A DNA stretch of 64,000 bases from Azolla caroliniana (GCA_043228905.1 JBHGNT010000008.1:1798001-1862000); one strand, 5' to 3'. Shown: positions 1 to 13,265, numbered from the stretch's first letter. Notes: a model not told the origin generated them from the sequence alone. Numbers and translations: made by a program.

Positions 1-213
1 TCCCCCTCTTCGCCATCCTATCAGAGAGCCCAAGTGCGCCATAGCCAGCAATCCTCACCCATTAGCCACGATCCGAATCTGACTATGCCGATACCCATTT
101 CTGTCGCCTTGTGTTCATGGCTTGTGGAGAAACGCTTGGATGGATACATCTGAGTCGCCTCCCCACCTCCCCACCCTGAAGTCCTAGATATCGCCAGGAA
201 GCTCAATATCGAC

Positions 214-2729
214 ATGGTCACCAACACATCCATCCGGAAAAAGCTTGACCTGTCATCTCTAGGTGAAAGGCAGTTCGAAATCCCTCCTGAGGAATCTTTG
301 CAGAGATATTTCGGTCCATATTTGTCATCCGCCAAGGCATATAGAACGAAGGAGATCTCAGACCCCTTTTTCCACGAAATCACAAAGTTCCTGTTGGAGG
401 TCGGATGCGTACCTGTAAACGTATATGGGATGCCCAAGCAGAAGGCAGGTATCATCATTGATACCTTTGAAGGGCGTGCGGTCGATTGAGGGGTCATTAC
501 AGGGCCGGCATTACGGGAAGGCCTGCACGCTATCAAGGAGTCAAAATGCTCGGGCCTATCATACAACAGTATCTGACGATACTATTCCCACCCCGAGGTC
601 TGCCGGCACCGCAGCCCAGCAAACCCACGCCGCCACCACAATCCGCGAAGCAAAGGTTAGCGGAGTTAACCACCACAGAGTGGGAGGATGAACCCCAACC
701 CGCCCAGCCGAACACGCGATAGGAACAGTAGGCTGAGCGCACCGAGGAAGTGGCACAGGAGCTAGAAGCCGAACCACAACCAGAAAGCCCGAGGCCGAAA
801 TGGCAGAGATTGGACAGGAAAGATGGGCGCGGGTTAGTTAAAGACACACTCGCGGGCAAAGATATGGCAACCGGGGTCGACAGCTCCGTAGCTACGGAGC
901 CCAACACCACCTTCGAAATAATCCAGGAGCCATGGCCGATGATTACGGCCTAGTCACAGCGGGGAAAGGCATATTTACAGCAGAAAGCGAGGTCCTGGCA
1001 TATTCGGACATTCCGGACACGGCCCATGAGTTTGGCGCACTATTGCAGTTCGGAACCACTTTTGAACTCATGGAATTTTTGGCAACGCAAGAAATAAAAG
1101 TCTCACAAAGAATGGCCGAGGAGCACACGGAGCACCAGATGATCGAGCGCGCGCTAACACAAACGGCGGAAAGCAACGATGAGGATCAATTACCTAGAGT
1201 CGGCAGACAGAGGAACGTCAGTATACGCCGAATGGGGATGGAACTACCCCCATTAAACGCAACCCTGGTCGAAGTTCATCGGGAATTTGCAAAGGTTAGT
1301 ATAGGCGCCAAGGATATGGCGATTAAAAATAAAAATGTTTGGAAGACTGTCAAACTGACCCAAGTCGAGCTACAAAAGGCCAACGCACGCATCACGGAGT
1401 TAGAGCTTAACGCGACTTCGGCGCAACAGGCAGCTCAACCAACAGCCAACGCCACCGAGGCCCTAAGAGAAGAAATTGAAGCCCAAACTGCCATTGCCTC
1501 GAAAGCAAAACGGGTCGTGCAACTGGCGGAATCAGAGATTGACCGTCTCTGCTCCGAACTTCGCCAGTCCTCGGACAGAGAGAAAGACATCCGGGCCAAC
1601 GGCCGAAAGGTAGTAAAAACACTTGAGGAGAAACTCGCAGCGAAGGCAGCACAACACACTTGCATGAAAGAAGAAAATATCAAACTACGGGAGGAAGCAA
1701 GAAAATCGAAAGTGGCGATTACGGGGCTCCGGGCGTTATTAGAAAAAAAGAAAGCATGGTTCAACGAGCAACTAGTTGGAGAATAGGAGAGGAGGCATCA
1801 AGTAGAAATCCGCTTGAATAATGAAATGGGAAAGCTGGGAGAACTACATTCGAAGGAATCTCAACTCTGGGCAGGAATGAGGAGCACTTATGAGGAAGTG
1901 GCAACGGTTAGTAAACAAGAAATTGAAAACCTCAAGAAATCCGTAGAAGAAGCACGCAACCATTGCCAAGCAATAGCAGACAACGTGCGCATACTTCTGC
2001 AAACAAATCGGCAGAGGTTTACGACGCAATTAAAATCAAGGCTAGACAAAGGATGGATGGTGTGGGCCGCACAAGCGGCGGAATTGCATACGTACCAGGC
2101 GGACATGAAGGAAAGATGGTCGGGGGTTCTACAAACTCAATGAGGAAAGCATTGCGGCAGTACGCGAGGACCTAGTGCAGGACTATCGCATGCTAGCGGA
2201 CCAACATTCCGAGGAACTCGCACAACTACAAGATGATTTTGGCGAAAGTCAGGAGGACCTGTTTCACCAGATTATGCAAGCCGGCAGCACGCGAACAAAT
2301 GAGGAATCCATCGCGATACCAATTCTAGATACTGCCGAAGAAGAGGAACCTCAGCCCATGTCACTAGAAATTACCACTACAATGGACAAGACGGAACGAC
2401 GAGTGAAACCCCCCTCAATACCAGAAAGCGAAACCGCCGACCAAGAGGAACCCCAACCCCACTCACTAGAGTGTACGTCTATGGCCAACATCACGGAGGA
2501 AGTTACGGACGAAACAGAACCGCGACCTACCGCAATCCCGCTAATGGCTGAACCAACCACAATAGCACAAGAACCCAGACCGCCCACACAGGAAGCCAAT
2601 GACACCATGGGAAGCCCTCCCGACCAAGCAGGGGAACCACACAACGACGCGCCCACGGGCCCTACGCCGTCCCCGGACCTGAACATCAGAGTAGAACCAA
2701 ACATCATGGCCATTTCGGAGGAAGATTAA
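214..2729 (+). pseudogene. Fragmented retroelement extra ORF (coiled-coil middle, Pro/Glu/Thr-rich tail), function unknown
   Basis: Chain of + ORFs 214-489, 486-722, 750-953, 932-1786, 1814-2143 and 2175-2729 separated by single stops or frameshifts; E/K/Q/A heptad-rich; final stop abuts the PPT. Confidence 0.55.
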
Positions 2730-2740
2730 AGGGGTGGGTC

Positions 2741-3242
2741 TGACGTGCCATGGCACTGTCCCACAAGCATGCCAGGTGTTGTCCACTGGAATAGTAACCG
2801 ATGGACAACAACGCAAAAATATAGACTATAGTAATATTGTAACGCATGTAAACGGTTCACGCAGGAAGCGTGAACGGCTTAAAGACCTTGCGTATATAAA
2901 GGGCAGAAAACCTCTGATAGAGGTAGCTGTAATTTTGAATGTAAAAGGCATATCTTAATAGAGTTCTATCTTCTCTGATCCCTGTGCGTATCTATGGTTA
3001 ATCTACTGTGTCTGTGATTCTTGGTGGCGTAGTGTAGTCATAAGAGCATAGGCGTGAGTGACAGTGTGGTTGCTAGTCCACTGTCTAAGGAGTTCGATTG
3101 TAGCCGACTCCCTTATATGCTACTAGGATACGGGAGGTATCCCACTAAGTATTACACTACGACGATACCATTCATTGCAACACAATCTCTTTGAGGTCTA
3201 GGTCGAAGGATTGATCGTAGACCGTGTTCCTAATCGGTAACA
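2741..3242 (+). repeat. 3' LTR (~502 bp)
   Basis: TG...CA termini, TATATAAA near 2894, preceded by PPT. Confidence 0.75.
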
Positions 3243-6200
3243 TCCATCAATTCATATGTGTGGTTTTCATGCAGGAAATCCATCTCATCATGCATGGCAC
3301 TTAACCACTTGCAGTTGTGGATGTCTTTCTTTGCTTCTTCGAAGCTTTCCTGCTCCCCCTCATCGGTTAGCAATACATGCTCTGCATCCGAAAATCTACG
3401 GGGGGTTCTTCTCTCTCTGAGATGGTATCTTCGTCCTTGGTTTCTGACTACCAGCTCCTCTGTTTGTTCTTCATTCAAATCCGATTTAGGATCTTGTCCG
3501 GTTCCGGTGTCTTCTTCTTCTTCTTTTTCGGTCGGTTCAATTTCTTGTCTGAATCCGGCTGGTTCGTCGAGTGTCATCCGACTTCCGACTAACATTCGGT
3601 TTTCAACCAGGTAAGTCCTTGTGTCCTCAAGCCGATTTTCATTGGATGATCAGGAGTTCATCACCTTCTTCAGCGACTCCTAGTTGGCAATGGTCTTGTC
3701 TTCCATGAAGACTATATCCCGACTCCGGAACACCTTCTTGTCGACCAAATCCCACACCCAGTAACCGAACTCATCATCGCCATATCCAAGGAATATGCAT
3801 GGTCTGAACTTCGGATCTACCTTTGCTCTCTTGTCCTTTGCAACATGCACATAGGCGAGACACCCGAACAACTTCAGATGCCGGTAAGAGACGGCTTTAC
3901 CGGTCCATACTTTCTGCAGTGAGTCTCCTTCCAAGGGAGTTCAGGGTGATTTGTTTATCACATATGTAACCGCCATCAGCGCCTCAGCCCAAAATGTCTT
4001 GGGTAGCTTTGCATGTGCTAGCATGCTCCGAACTCTCTCCATCACGGTCCGGTTCATCTGTTCAGCTAGCCCATTTAGTTCCGACATCTTCGGCACGGTA
4101 AATTCAAGCCTGATTCCCTTCGATCGACAGTACTCCTCGAACTACCCCCGGTACTCTCTTTCGTTATCTGCTCGAACTGCTTTCAGCTTCTAGCCTCTTT
4201 CTCTTTCCACTCTTGTCTGGAGTTCCTTGAAGACAAACAACTCCTAATCCTTTGTCTTCAATGGTGAGACCCATAGTTTCTTGCTCTGGTCATCTATGAA
4301 CGTCACAAAGTAGTGCGATCCGGCATGTGACTTCGTGTCCACTTGACACACATCGGTATGCACCAGCTCCAGTGGTGCATTCCGTCTCATCGATGGTCTT
4401 GACAAGAAGGAGGTTCAATTTTTCTTGTCGGCTAAGCAATCGGTGCACTTCTCAAGATGCACGTTTTCAGCAAGCCTTCTCATCCCTTTCTGGCTCATAT
4501 GACATAGTCTCTTGTGCCACAACTCACCGACAGTATCAGATACTACGTTCATTTCTTCCCGGTATATCCGGGTATGCATCAGGTATAGCGTGTTGATCTT
4601 CTAGGCCTGAGCTGCGATCAAGCTTCCCTTGTTGAACTTCATGACTCCGTTTTGAATGCTACCCGTGTAGTCTTCATCATCTAGCTGACCAGCTTATATC
4701 ATGTTCAACCAAACCTCCGAAATGTGTCAGACATCCTTCAAGAGCAACTTGCACCCGGCTAATGTAGTCAACCACACGTCTCCTATGCTGACGATTCGAC
4801 ATGTGCCTTCATTCCCCATCCAGACACAACCGTTATCTACGGCTGTGTAGGATGAGAAGCATTTCCGGTCCGGTGTTAGATGGAACGATGCTCCGGAATC
4901 GACAACCCACTTTGTCTCGTCGCCAACAAAGTTTAACTCATTCTCCTCGGTAATGAGCATCAATTCTTCTTCACTTGTCGTGATTGCTGTCGTTCCCTTC
5001 CAATCCGAGCCTTTCCGGTCCGAACCCTTCTTCGAATCAACACTATGGGTTCCTTTCTCTTTCCGGAAATACCGACAATTCTTCTGGAAGTGCCCCGGCT
5101 TCCCACAGTAGAAGCAAGTAGGCCTCCCCCTTGACTTCGACCTCGTCCCCGATTTGTCCCGGTTTTGGGGACTCCGATCCCAGCCTCTTCCTTGGTTGTG
5201 GTCATCTTGCCTAACCAAGGGCTTCGTATCAGTTCCAGACTCCTGGTCCTTTTGGCGAGCTTCTTCATCTAGCAAGCTTGATTTTACCCTTGCTAGGGAT
5301 AACTGCTTTCCTTCCGGCCCGGCGTTGCCCAACGTGACGGCTAACGTCTCCTAACTATTCAGGAGGGAATCGAGCAAGAGCAATGCGAGTACCTCATCCG
5401 CGAGAGGTACTTCCAACAATGTGCCTTGGTGTATTAGCCCCTGGAAGGCATTCATGTGCTACGCCATACTGGAGCCGTCATGGTACCGGAGCCTCACTAA
5501 CTTCCGGAATACCTAAACCTGATTAACGACATTTTTGTTCTGGAACATGATGTCGATCTTCTCCCAAAGTTCATGAGCCTTACTTTCTTCTTCGAAGTTG
5601 TTGTATAGGCTCATGTTGATGAAGCACCGGATGTACGTCATCATCTTCACGTGCATCACCTCCCATGTCACGGCATTGATCTTATCCGGTTTCTTGTCCC
5701 CCGAATTGTACCGGAAACAAAAGATCTTTAACCACCAGCATGTCCCTGATCTTCGACTTCCACACTGAGTAGTTGGAGCCGGTGATCTTGAACATGCTAC
5801 CGAACGACTCTTCCATTTCTTGTGTTGTTCGCTATGATACCAATTTGATAGGAACTAGCGCAGAAGTATTTCTTGGTTAGAACTGAGTCTCAAATCACTC
5901 TATGAAGGACCAAACACAGAAATGGGAAATAGGTATCTAATGAATGCACGTACACAAAACAACGATAGAGAACAAAAGATTTTTACGTGGAAAACCCTAA
6001 TCGGGAAAAACCACGACACCCCACAAACTTTGAACTATCACTATATGAGAGGAAATACAAATTGGAAACATAGAGGCAACGACCTCGTGCTCGTGATCTT
6101 CACTAGATGGCGGTTACAATAGAAAGTGCTCGTAGCTACACACACACTCTCTCCCTCTTTGTACAACAATAATAACAACAACATCCCCATTCTGTGATAG

Positions 6201-6425
6201 CCCTAAGTCATATTTATACTCATATGAACTTAGGGCTATTTACAAATATAGCCTCAATAGGCTTAATCTAATATATTTACAAATGTGTGTCATCCTCCGG
6301 TTCTCACCGGGTTCATCCGATCCGGTTTTTGGATTCCATTTGGATCTCTTCCGGATCCGGTTCCTTGATCCGGTTCTCCTCCAGTTCTCAACCGGATCCC
6401 ATCCGGAGGGAACAAAATCCCAACA
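3243..6425 (-). mobile_element. Ty1/copia element A (5' LTR, PBS, gag, protease, integrase, start of RT), decayed
   Basis: CFYCGKPGHFQKNC knuckle, WVVDSGAS protease, FGCLAYVHV integrase C-terminus; PBS TGGTATCATAGC (Met-i type) at 5831-5842; many stops. Confidence 0.92.
5846..6425 (-). repeat. 5' LTR of copia A
   Basis: TG...CA termini; homologous to LTRs at 56067-57102, 60651-61175 and 13664-14433; followed by TGGCA (6426-6430). Confidence 0.88.
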
Positions 6426-6617
6426 TGGCAAACATGGCGGTGCCGACATTATTTGTGTTCAGGATGAACATCCTCCCTTCCCTGCACCCTTGCGCGATTA
6501 TCCGGCCTTCTTCCTCGATGAAGCACTCGAGGTCCGTAAACCGCACTTGCATTCCTTGGTCGACGATTTGTCCGACCGACACCAGGTTCTTTGTGATTGT
6601 CGAAATGTGTAGTACGT

Positions 6618-6856
6618 TGTCGTGAAGAAAACCGTCCACGAGCGGAATCGGTGCGCCGGAGCGTAGGAACCGGCTCTTCTTGCGCGTTGTACATAAGAGA
6701 GAATGTTGTACATAGAAGATCCTAGGCAGGTAGATTCGGTAGAAAGGGAGTTAATGGGAAACGGCTCCTTCCTTGCCTATAAAAGGAGGGAGACGAGGAG
6801 GGGCGAGGGGATCGCGGAGAGTCGAGGACGAAGTGTTGTCGGTTCGTGGGCGAAGG

Positions 6857-6890
<34 letters not shown>

Positions 6891-7263
6891 TCGCAAACGC
6901 CATAGCTTCCTTCTGTGCAGGTTTCGGGAGGCTCGCGCTGCTCTGAGAAATGCCTGAGTGCTTCCGGCAGCACCTCCAACCTACTCCTTCCTTTCTGTGC
7001 GTTTACGAACAGGTATCGGCATCTGTTCGCCGGCTTGTTCGGTTGTAACCGACTCCGTGTTGTGTTGTTTGTCTTTGTTAATACATACATACGTTCGTGT
7101 CTCTCTGTGTCGCTTTCCCACTTTCGTCTTTGTGTCGAAGGGCCGTGTCCCCGTGAATCTACTCTCGCACGTAGTGGGTCTCTTCTCCTTTCTCTCTTGC
7201 TCTTCGGTACAGGACCCCCGTGGTCCCGCCTCATTCCACGCATCCGCGAGGAAAACCTCGACA
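6618..7263 (+). repeat. 5' LTR of Trp-primed gypsy
   Basis: Direct repeat of 12604-13265; TATAAAA near 6778; (CT)n tract. Confidence 0.95.
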
Positions 7264-7267
7264 TCTT

Positions 7268-7285
7268 TGGTGAACCCGACGTGAA
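7268..7285 (+). other. Primer binding site complementary to tRNA-Trp
   Basis: TGGTGAACCCGACGTGAA is the reverse complement of TTCACGTCGGGTTCACCA, the 3' end of plant cytosolic tRNA-Trp(CCA) as I recall it. Confidence 0.85.
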
Positions 7286-7307
7286 AGAGGCGGCAGAAGA
7301 GTAGAAG

Positions 7308-9409
7308 ATGAAAGGGTCGGATCTTGCAGAGGCCATGGCTTCGGCCGTGGATCGGATATTGAGCGCACGCGAGGGCTCCGGCACCCTCGACAGAGCCATT
7401 GAGGCGGTCGTAGGTACGATCGGCCGGTTCAGCGGAAAGGATGCCACAAAGTATTTGGCATCCTACGGGGCAGAAGAAAGGCGTCTTGCCGGGTTCCCTC
7501 GAGTGGCGATGTCGAGCATCCATGCGAGGTGCTCGAGGTACGGGTGGAGAGCCGTACCTGGGAGGAGTTCGAAGGCCGACTCCTAGAAAAATACAGGCTG
7601 GACGACGCACTCCGGCTTTCGAAACGGGACTTCATGAAATGGGTGGAGTCCCCCGACAAGGGAAGAAACGCGTCGGCACTCCTCTGGGAGTTCGAAGAAC
7701 GCTTTGCGCGCCTTTTGGCGCTTGACCGAACCGTTCTGGATACGAGCCGGGTCCTACTGTTCGTCAAGTCGGTGGACGAGCGGGACCGGGATCAAGTCGG
7801 CTCCTTGCTGGAAACCGAAGATGGGCTGACGACCGACTGGGCTGCGGTTAAGAGAGTCTGTGGCCATTTCGATAAACGGCGAGAATGGGCTGACAACGGG
7901 GCGGCCGGCGCGGGCTCTGTCACAGCAAGGAGGCTTGAACCGGCACCGCAAGTGCAAAGGGAAGAAACCCGGGAATAGCTCGAAACCGGTCCGGCTTCGA
8001 CCGGCATGGTCAATGGCTCGTCCGGAGGAGCAGCGCTGGAGGAGTTGACGCGGGCGATAAAGGATCTCCAGATCGCCTAGACTCGAAGGGAAGGCAGCGA
8101 ACCGGCTCGTGACCGACGGCCGGCAGCAGGGAACAGGTGCATGTGGTGTGACGAGGTCGGCCACATCCGGAAGGACTGCGGCGATTTCGCAGAAGCGTTG
8201 AGGAATCGGGTGGTGTACCTGTGGGAAGGTCGGGTGCACGCCGGCGACACCAGGAGGGCCCTGAACCGAAACGACGGGTGAGGAGGAATGAAGAGACTGA
8301 TGGAAGCGGCAACGGCCCGACACGTGGAGGCCATCCACTACTCGGCGTCGGCCGGCATTCGGGTCGGGGGCAGCGAGGCCCGAAAGGAGAGCAAGGACGG
8401 GTTCTGGTCGGCAATGCTGGAAGGCCTTGCCGGCGCACGGCTAAGGAAAGATGAAACAGACCGCGCTGAGAGACGGGTCCGAGAAATAACCGGGTGGAGC
8501 GATCCGGTCGAGGAGAAGACGGGCTTTGTAGAAGCCGCCTGCCGGAACTACGAGGCTCTGGTTGAAGACAAACGGGTGGGGAAAACCGGAGCGGTCGGGC
8601 CCTCACAACGGTACGAGACCCGATTCGGGCAACGACGGAACGATGCCGGTGGGTCCAACTCGCAAGATAACCCCAGGAAGGGCGGATACCAACTGGGGAC
8701 GGAAATAGAAAGGACTACGAACCTACGAAAGGTCCTAGAAGAACGGATCCTCGACAACAAAGTGGAGCTGTCATTGCGGGAGGTGCTAGGGATCACCAAG
8801 AAGGAGTTCCACGACTCCATTGTAGACTTGGTGAAACGGAAGAGGGTGTCGATGGAGACGGAACCGGAAAGACCGGTAGAGGTGTGGACGACGCACATCG
8901 ACGACTCGGCGCTGGCAGATGAGTGGGCGGAGAGCCACTATTCGAGGCCACACTAGGCCCGAGCGACCACGGAGACCCTGGTAAAGATCGGAGATGTTCA
9001 GGAACCGGTGGTGGCATTGGTGGACCACAGTTCGGAAATAAACCTGATGTCCATGGACTTCTATAAGAAAGGGAAGTGCCCGATCAACACCAAGCACGGG
9101 TGGAAGATACGGGCGGCGACACGCGCCACCGAGGAACTGCATGGGGCCTGCCCGAACGTGCGAGTCAAGATCGGCGACGTCGAGATTGACCAGCACTTCT
9201 TCGTACAGGAGACGTCCTCGCAGCCGGTCATATAAGGTGAACCATACATCACGGCGGCGCGGATGGAGACCAAGGTGCTAGACAACGGTTCGGCCTACGC
9301 GAGGGTCAAAAGCCAGGACGGGCGCCATTCGGTCCAATTTCTGACGGTGCGGCCAAACCACGAGAGAAACCGCGAATCCCTTGGTGGCGAGAACCGGGAG
9401 GATTTTTAG
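7308..9409 (+). pseudogene. gag: Gypsy gag-protease ORF (stops, frameshift)
   Basis: ORF pieces 7308, 7529, 8288 and 9008; CCHC knuckle near 8138-8180; aspartic protease; ends GAG GAT TTT TAG. Confidence 0.85.
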
Positions 9410-9466
9410 AGAGGGCTGCCAAGGCGTGGGGCCGAGACAGCCCGGACACTCGGGAAAGACCCCACG
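9400..9466 (+). other. Candidate -1 programmed ribosomal frameshift signal (slippery heptamer plus H-type pseudoknot)
   Basis: G GAT TTT (9400-9406), then TAG; 6-nt spacer; stem1 GGGCTG 9413-9418 / CAGCCC 9438-9443; stem2 CGTGGGG 9425-9431 / CCCCACG 9460-9466; -1 frame open into pol. Confidence 0.75.
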
Positions 9467-12400
9467 ACTGTATGATAGGTGGGAAATTTTGCTTCTCCGA
9501 CAACGGAGGGTGTATGGTAGTCGGCATCGCCAGCCGAGAAAGGACAAGGGCGGAAGTGCGACTTCGAGCGTGCGGAGTTCTCGGCCCGGACGAGGAAATC
9601 AGCGGAGCCGTGGAGGCGGTCTCCTTCGACGACACCTTGGGAATGCTGAGGAAGGAAGCTGGAGAAGACCTTAGCGAAGACTGGACGATACTGGTATGTT
9701 CCGAAGAGATGTACGAAGTCATCGCGAACTTCAGTCGGGGGCTCGGGTCGGATCGGACGGCCCGAGTTAGCACGAAGTACAAGACTGTGGACCGGAAGGT
9801 AAGGCCAGTCGCGACACCCTTGCCGGAGGGCAGCGAGTCCTGAATCAGAGGGGTTGTGTCGGACCCCAGTTTACGAGATCCGGCCTGCATAGGACACACC
9901 TTCATCGACGAGACGCTCTGGGAGCTCAAAATCGGTGGGGGCGGGTTCCTACTGCCGGCGGAGGATGCTCGGTTTCGGAGGCCTTCGCCGGAAGGTCGAT
10001 TTACTCGGTCGGTGATCTGTACTCAGGGTACGACCAGTTCCAGCTAGCCGTGGAGAGCAGAGACATTACAAAGATGCGAACTCCCCTCGGCCTAGTGCGA
10101 ATGTATACCCTGCCACAAGGAGGGACCAACTCGGTGGTCCACATGGTGAATGCAATGAACAAGGTACTGAGGGATTGCATCCCGGACATCACCATGCCAT
10201 TTCTGGACGACATTCTGATCAAGGGGTGCCCGGTAGAAGAGAGGGACGCAACACTCGGACCGGACGCATGCCGGCGATTCGTTGCAACACACATCGACGA
10301 CTGCGAGAAAGTGCTACAAAGGCTAGAGGATGCGAGGCTCACCTTCTCCGGGGAGAAATCGGCCTTCGGGCAATCGGAAATCCTGGTGGTCGGACACCTA
10401 TGTGGACCATATGGCCGGAAGCCATCTCCGGCAAAGGTAGAAGCCATTTCCGCGATGAAGACCGACTGTAGCTCGGTTTCGGAAGTTCGGAGGTTCCTGG
10501 GGGCATGCGCATTCTACCACATATGGATCCCGCATTACGCCCACGTTGCGGAGCCGCTATACGGGTTGCTGAAGAAAGGGCGAAAATTCGAGTGGCGAGA
10601 CGAGCACACGGAGTCGGTCCGGAAGCTGAAGGAAGCTCTTGCGGCAGCACCGGCGCTCCGGAAGGCTGTTTACGAGAAGGGTACCTCGGTATACATAACA
10701 GTGGATACGAGTCCGACCGGGATCGGATGGGTCGTCAACCAAGAAGACGGGGACGGCATTCGGTTCCCGATCCGATTCGGCGCGAAAGTCCTCAGTGAGC
10801 GACAGCGAGGGTACGCCCAGGTTAAACGCGAACTCTGGGGTATCGTTTCGGCAGTAAAGGCCGACAAAGACTACCTGATCGGGACGGAAGTGATTATCGA
10901 GACGGATTGCCTGCCAATTCTCGGCATGGTTTCCGGATGCGCGACACCGGACCTGGCGATGCTCAGGTGGATAGCGTACATCAAGTCCCCAGATCCGGAA
11001 ATACGGCACATTTCCGGAAAGGACAACGCCATGGCCGACATGCTTTCGAGGGCGAGGTTTGATGACGAGGGCGGCATGGTTTCGGAGGACGAAGAAGTCG
11101 GTGTGGACTTCTTCGAGGCGGCGTACGTGACAACCGATGGGACGAGCACTCCGGCACTTAACGACTTCGATGAGAGCAAGTACGACGGCGAGTGGCTCCA
11201 GATCGGTGGGTTTCTGAGGACAATGACGCCGGATGCGTCATGGATGAAGGACGAAGCTAACCGGGTCCGGAAGAAAGCTTACCGATTCTTTCTCCGGGAC
11301 GGATACTTATGGAAGCACCCGAAGAAGAGGAACGGCGTCCCGCTCCAGGTGGTGGCGATGAAGTTTGAACAGGAGGAGCTGCTGACGGCTTACCACGACA
11401 GCCCTTGGGCTGGTCACCGTGGAACGTGGGCCACGTTCGAGAAGATAAAGGGGAAGTACTGGTGGCCGGGACTGTACCGGGACATGCATCGGTTCGTGAC
11501 AACTTGAGAGAGCTGCCAGATGCACTCCATAGTTTGGCATCGGGACGAGCTTCACCCTACGTACCCTCCGGCCATCCACTTCAAATGGATGGTAGATCTG
11601 GTAACGATGCCGATGGGAGTAGGACAGATGCGGTACCTGGTCCTGGCTCGGGAAGATCTGACGAACCAGGTAGAAGGCCGAGCTCTTCAAAACAAAACGA
11701 CCGTGGCCGTATGTCGGTTCCTGATTGAGGACGTGATATGCCGGTACGGGTGCGTCGGGAAGATCGTGGCTGATCGCGGGGAGTTGGACGCCGAAGAGGC
11801 CGAGGAGTTGTTCGACCGACTAGGAGTCAAGCTCTCGCTCACCACTGCATACAATCCGGAGGCGAATGGGAAGGTGGAGCGCGGACACGGACCGATCGTC
11901 AAGGCGTTAGTTCGGGCATGCGGAGGTCAAGTCGGGAACTGGCCGCGGTTGTTGCCTTACGCGTTGTGGGCGGACCGAACTACGCATAGTTCGGTAACCG
12001 GATTCATGCCGGCAGAGCTCATGTTTGGGCAGAAGCCGATCATGCCGATGGAACGTACGATCTCCTCCTGGGCAACCGTGGACTGGAGAGACGAGATGAG
12101 CTGGGAGGAACTGTTGACGGCGCGCATACGGCAGCTTGAGCGAAGACCAGAGGACATGGAGCAGGCTGCGGAAAAGCTTCGGGTGGCAAGGACGAGGAAC
12201 AAAGCCCGGTTCGACCGAACGCACCGGCTCCGACCGAAGAAGATCGAGGAAGGCGACTGGGTGCTAGTCTACGACAGCAGCCTCGACAACCAGCACCGAG
12301 CGACACGGAAGTTCGAAAGAAGGTGGTTTGGGCCTTACGTGGTACAAAGTGCCAACGACAATGGGACGTACCATCTAGCGGAACTCGACGGTACGAGAAT

Positions 12401-12530
12401 GGCAATACCGGTAGCTGGGAAGTGGATCAAAGCGTTCAAGAAGCGTCACGACGACAAGCCGGATCCGGTTGACCTGGACCGCAACGACGAACGATCCGAA
12501 ACCGAGGAACAACCGACGGGCGGGGAATGA
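9400..12530 (+). pseudogene. pol: Gypsy pol (RT-RNase H-integrase) with stops and an internal RT deletion near 9980
   Basis: ORFs 9472-9843, 10050-11507 and 11520-12530: LPQG..NS, FLDD, TDCLPI, NAMADMLSR, HHCC, DDE core, WFGPY. Confidence 0.92.
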
Positions 12531-12603
12531 AGGCTGGACCGGTTTTCTCCGTCCCAACTCAATTTGGCGCATGCCGGTGGATGCGCGGTTAGGTGGGGGC
12601 GGA

Positions 12604-12842
12604 TGTCGTGAAGAAAACCGTCCACGAGCGGAATCGGTGCGCCGGAGCGTAGGAACCGGCTCTTCTTGCGCGTTGTACATAAGAGAGAATGTTGTACATA
12701 GAAGATCCTAGGCAGGTAGATTCGGTAGGAAGGGAGTTAATGGGAAACGGCTCCTTCCTTGCCTATAAAAGGAGGGAGACGAGGAGGGGCGAGGGGATCG
12801 CGGAGAGTTGAGGACGAAGTGCCGTCGGTTCGTGGGCGAAGG

Positions 12843-12892
<50 letters not shown>

Positions 12893-13265
12893 TCGCAAAC
12901 GCCATAGCTTCCTTCTGTGCAGGTTTCGGGAGGCTCGCGCTGCTCTGAGGAATGCCTGAGTGCTTCCGGCAGCACCTCCAACCTACTCCTTCCTTTCTGT
13001 GCGTTTACGAACAGGTATCGGCATCTGTTCGCCGGCTTGTTCGGTTGTAACCGACTCCGTGTTGTGTTGTTTGTCTTTGTTAATACATACATACGTTCGT
13101 GTCTCTCTGTGTCGCTGTCCCACTCTCGTCTTTGTGTCGAAGGGCCGTGTCCCCGTGAATCTACTCTCGCACGTAGTGGGTCTCTTCTCCTTTCTCTCTT
13201 GCTCTTCGGTACAGGACCCCCGTGGTCCCGCCTCATTCCACGCATCCGCGAGGAAAACCTCGACA
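12604..13265 (+). repeat. 3' LTR of Trp-primed gypsy
   Basis: Repeat of 6618-7263, preceded by PPT; followed by ACGT TSD (13266-13269). Confidence 0.95.

Larger units (their letters stand above)
1..3242 (+). mobile_element. 3' end of an LTR retrotransposon (probably Ty3/gypsy) with a long degraded extra ORF, PPT and 3' LTR, inserted into copia A
   Basis: PPT AAAGGGGTGGG (2728-2738) precedes TG at 2741; LTR ends ...GGTAACA at 3242, where copia pol resumes (uninterrupted in the homologous copy near 58572). Confidence 0.75.
6618..13265 (+). mobile_element. Near full-length non-chromovirus Ty3/gypsy, tRNA-Trp primed, 4-bp TSD ACGT
   Basis: LTRs 6618-7263 and 12604-13265 (TGTCG...CGACA; ~7 substitutions by eye plus CT-tract length); PBS 7268-7285; gag CMWCDEVGHIRKDC; protease ALVDHSSEIN; RT FLDD; RNase H; integrase with GPY motif; PPT 12590-12603. 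Confidence 0.95.

Noticed and set aside
6722-7447. 241-aa minus-strand ORF and other overlapping ORFs across the gypsy
   Set aside because: Antisense or alternate frames of GC-rich LTR/pol sequence; the ERERE runs come from the CT microsatellite.
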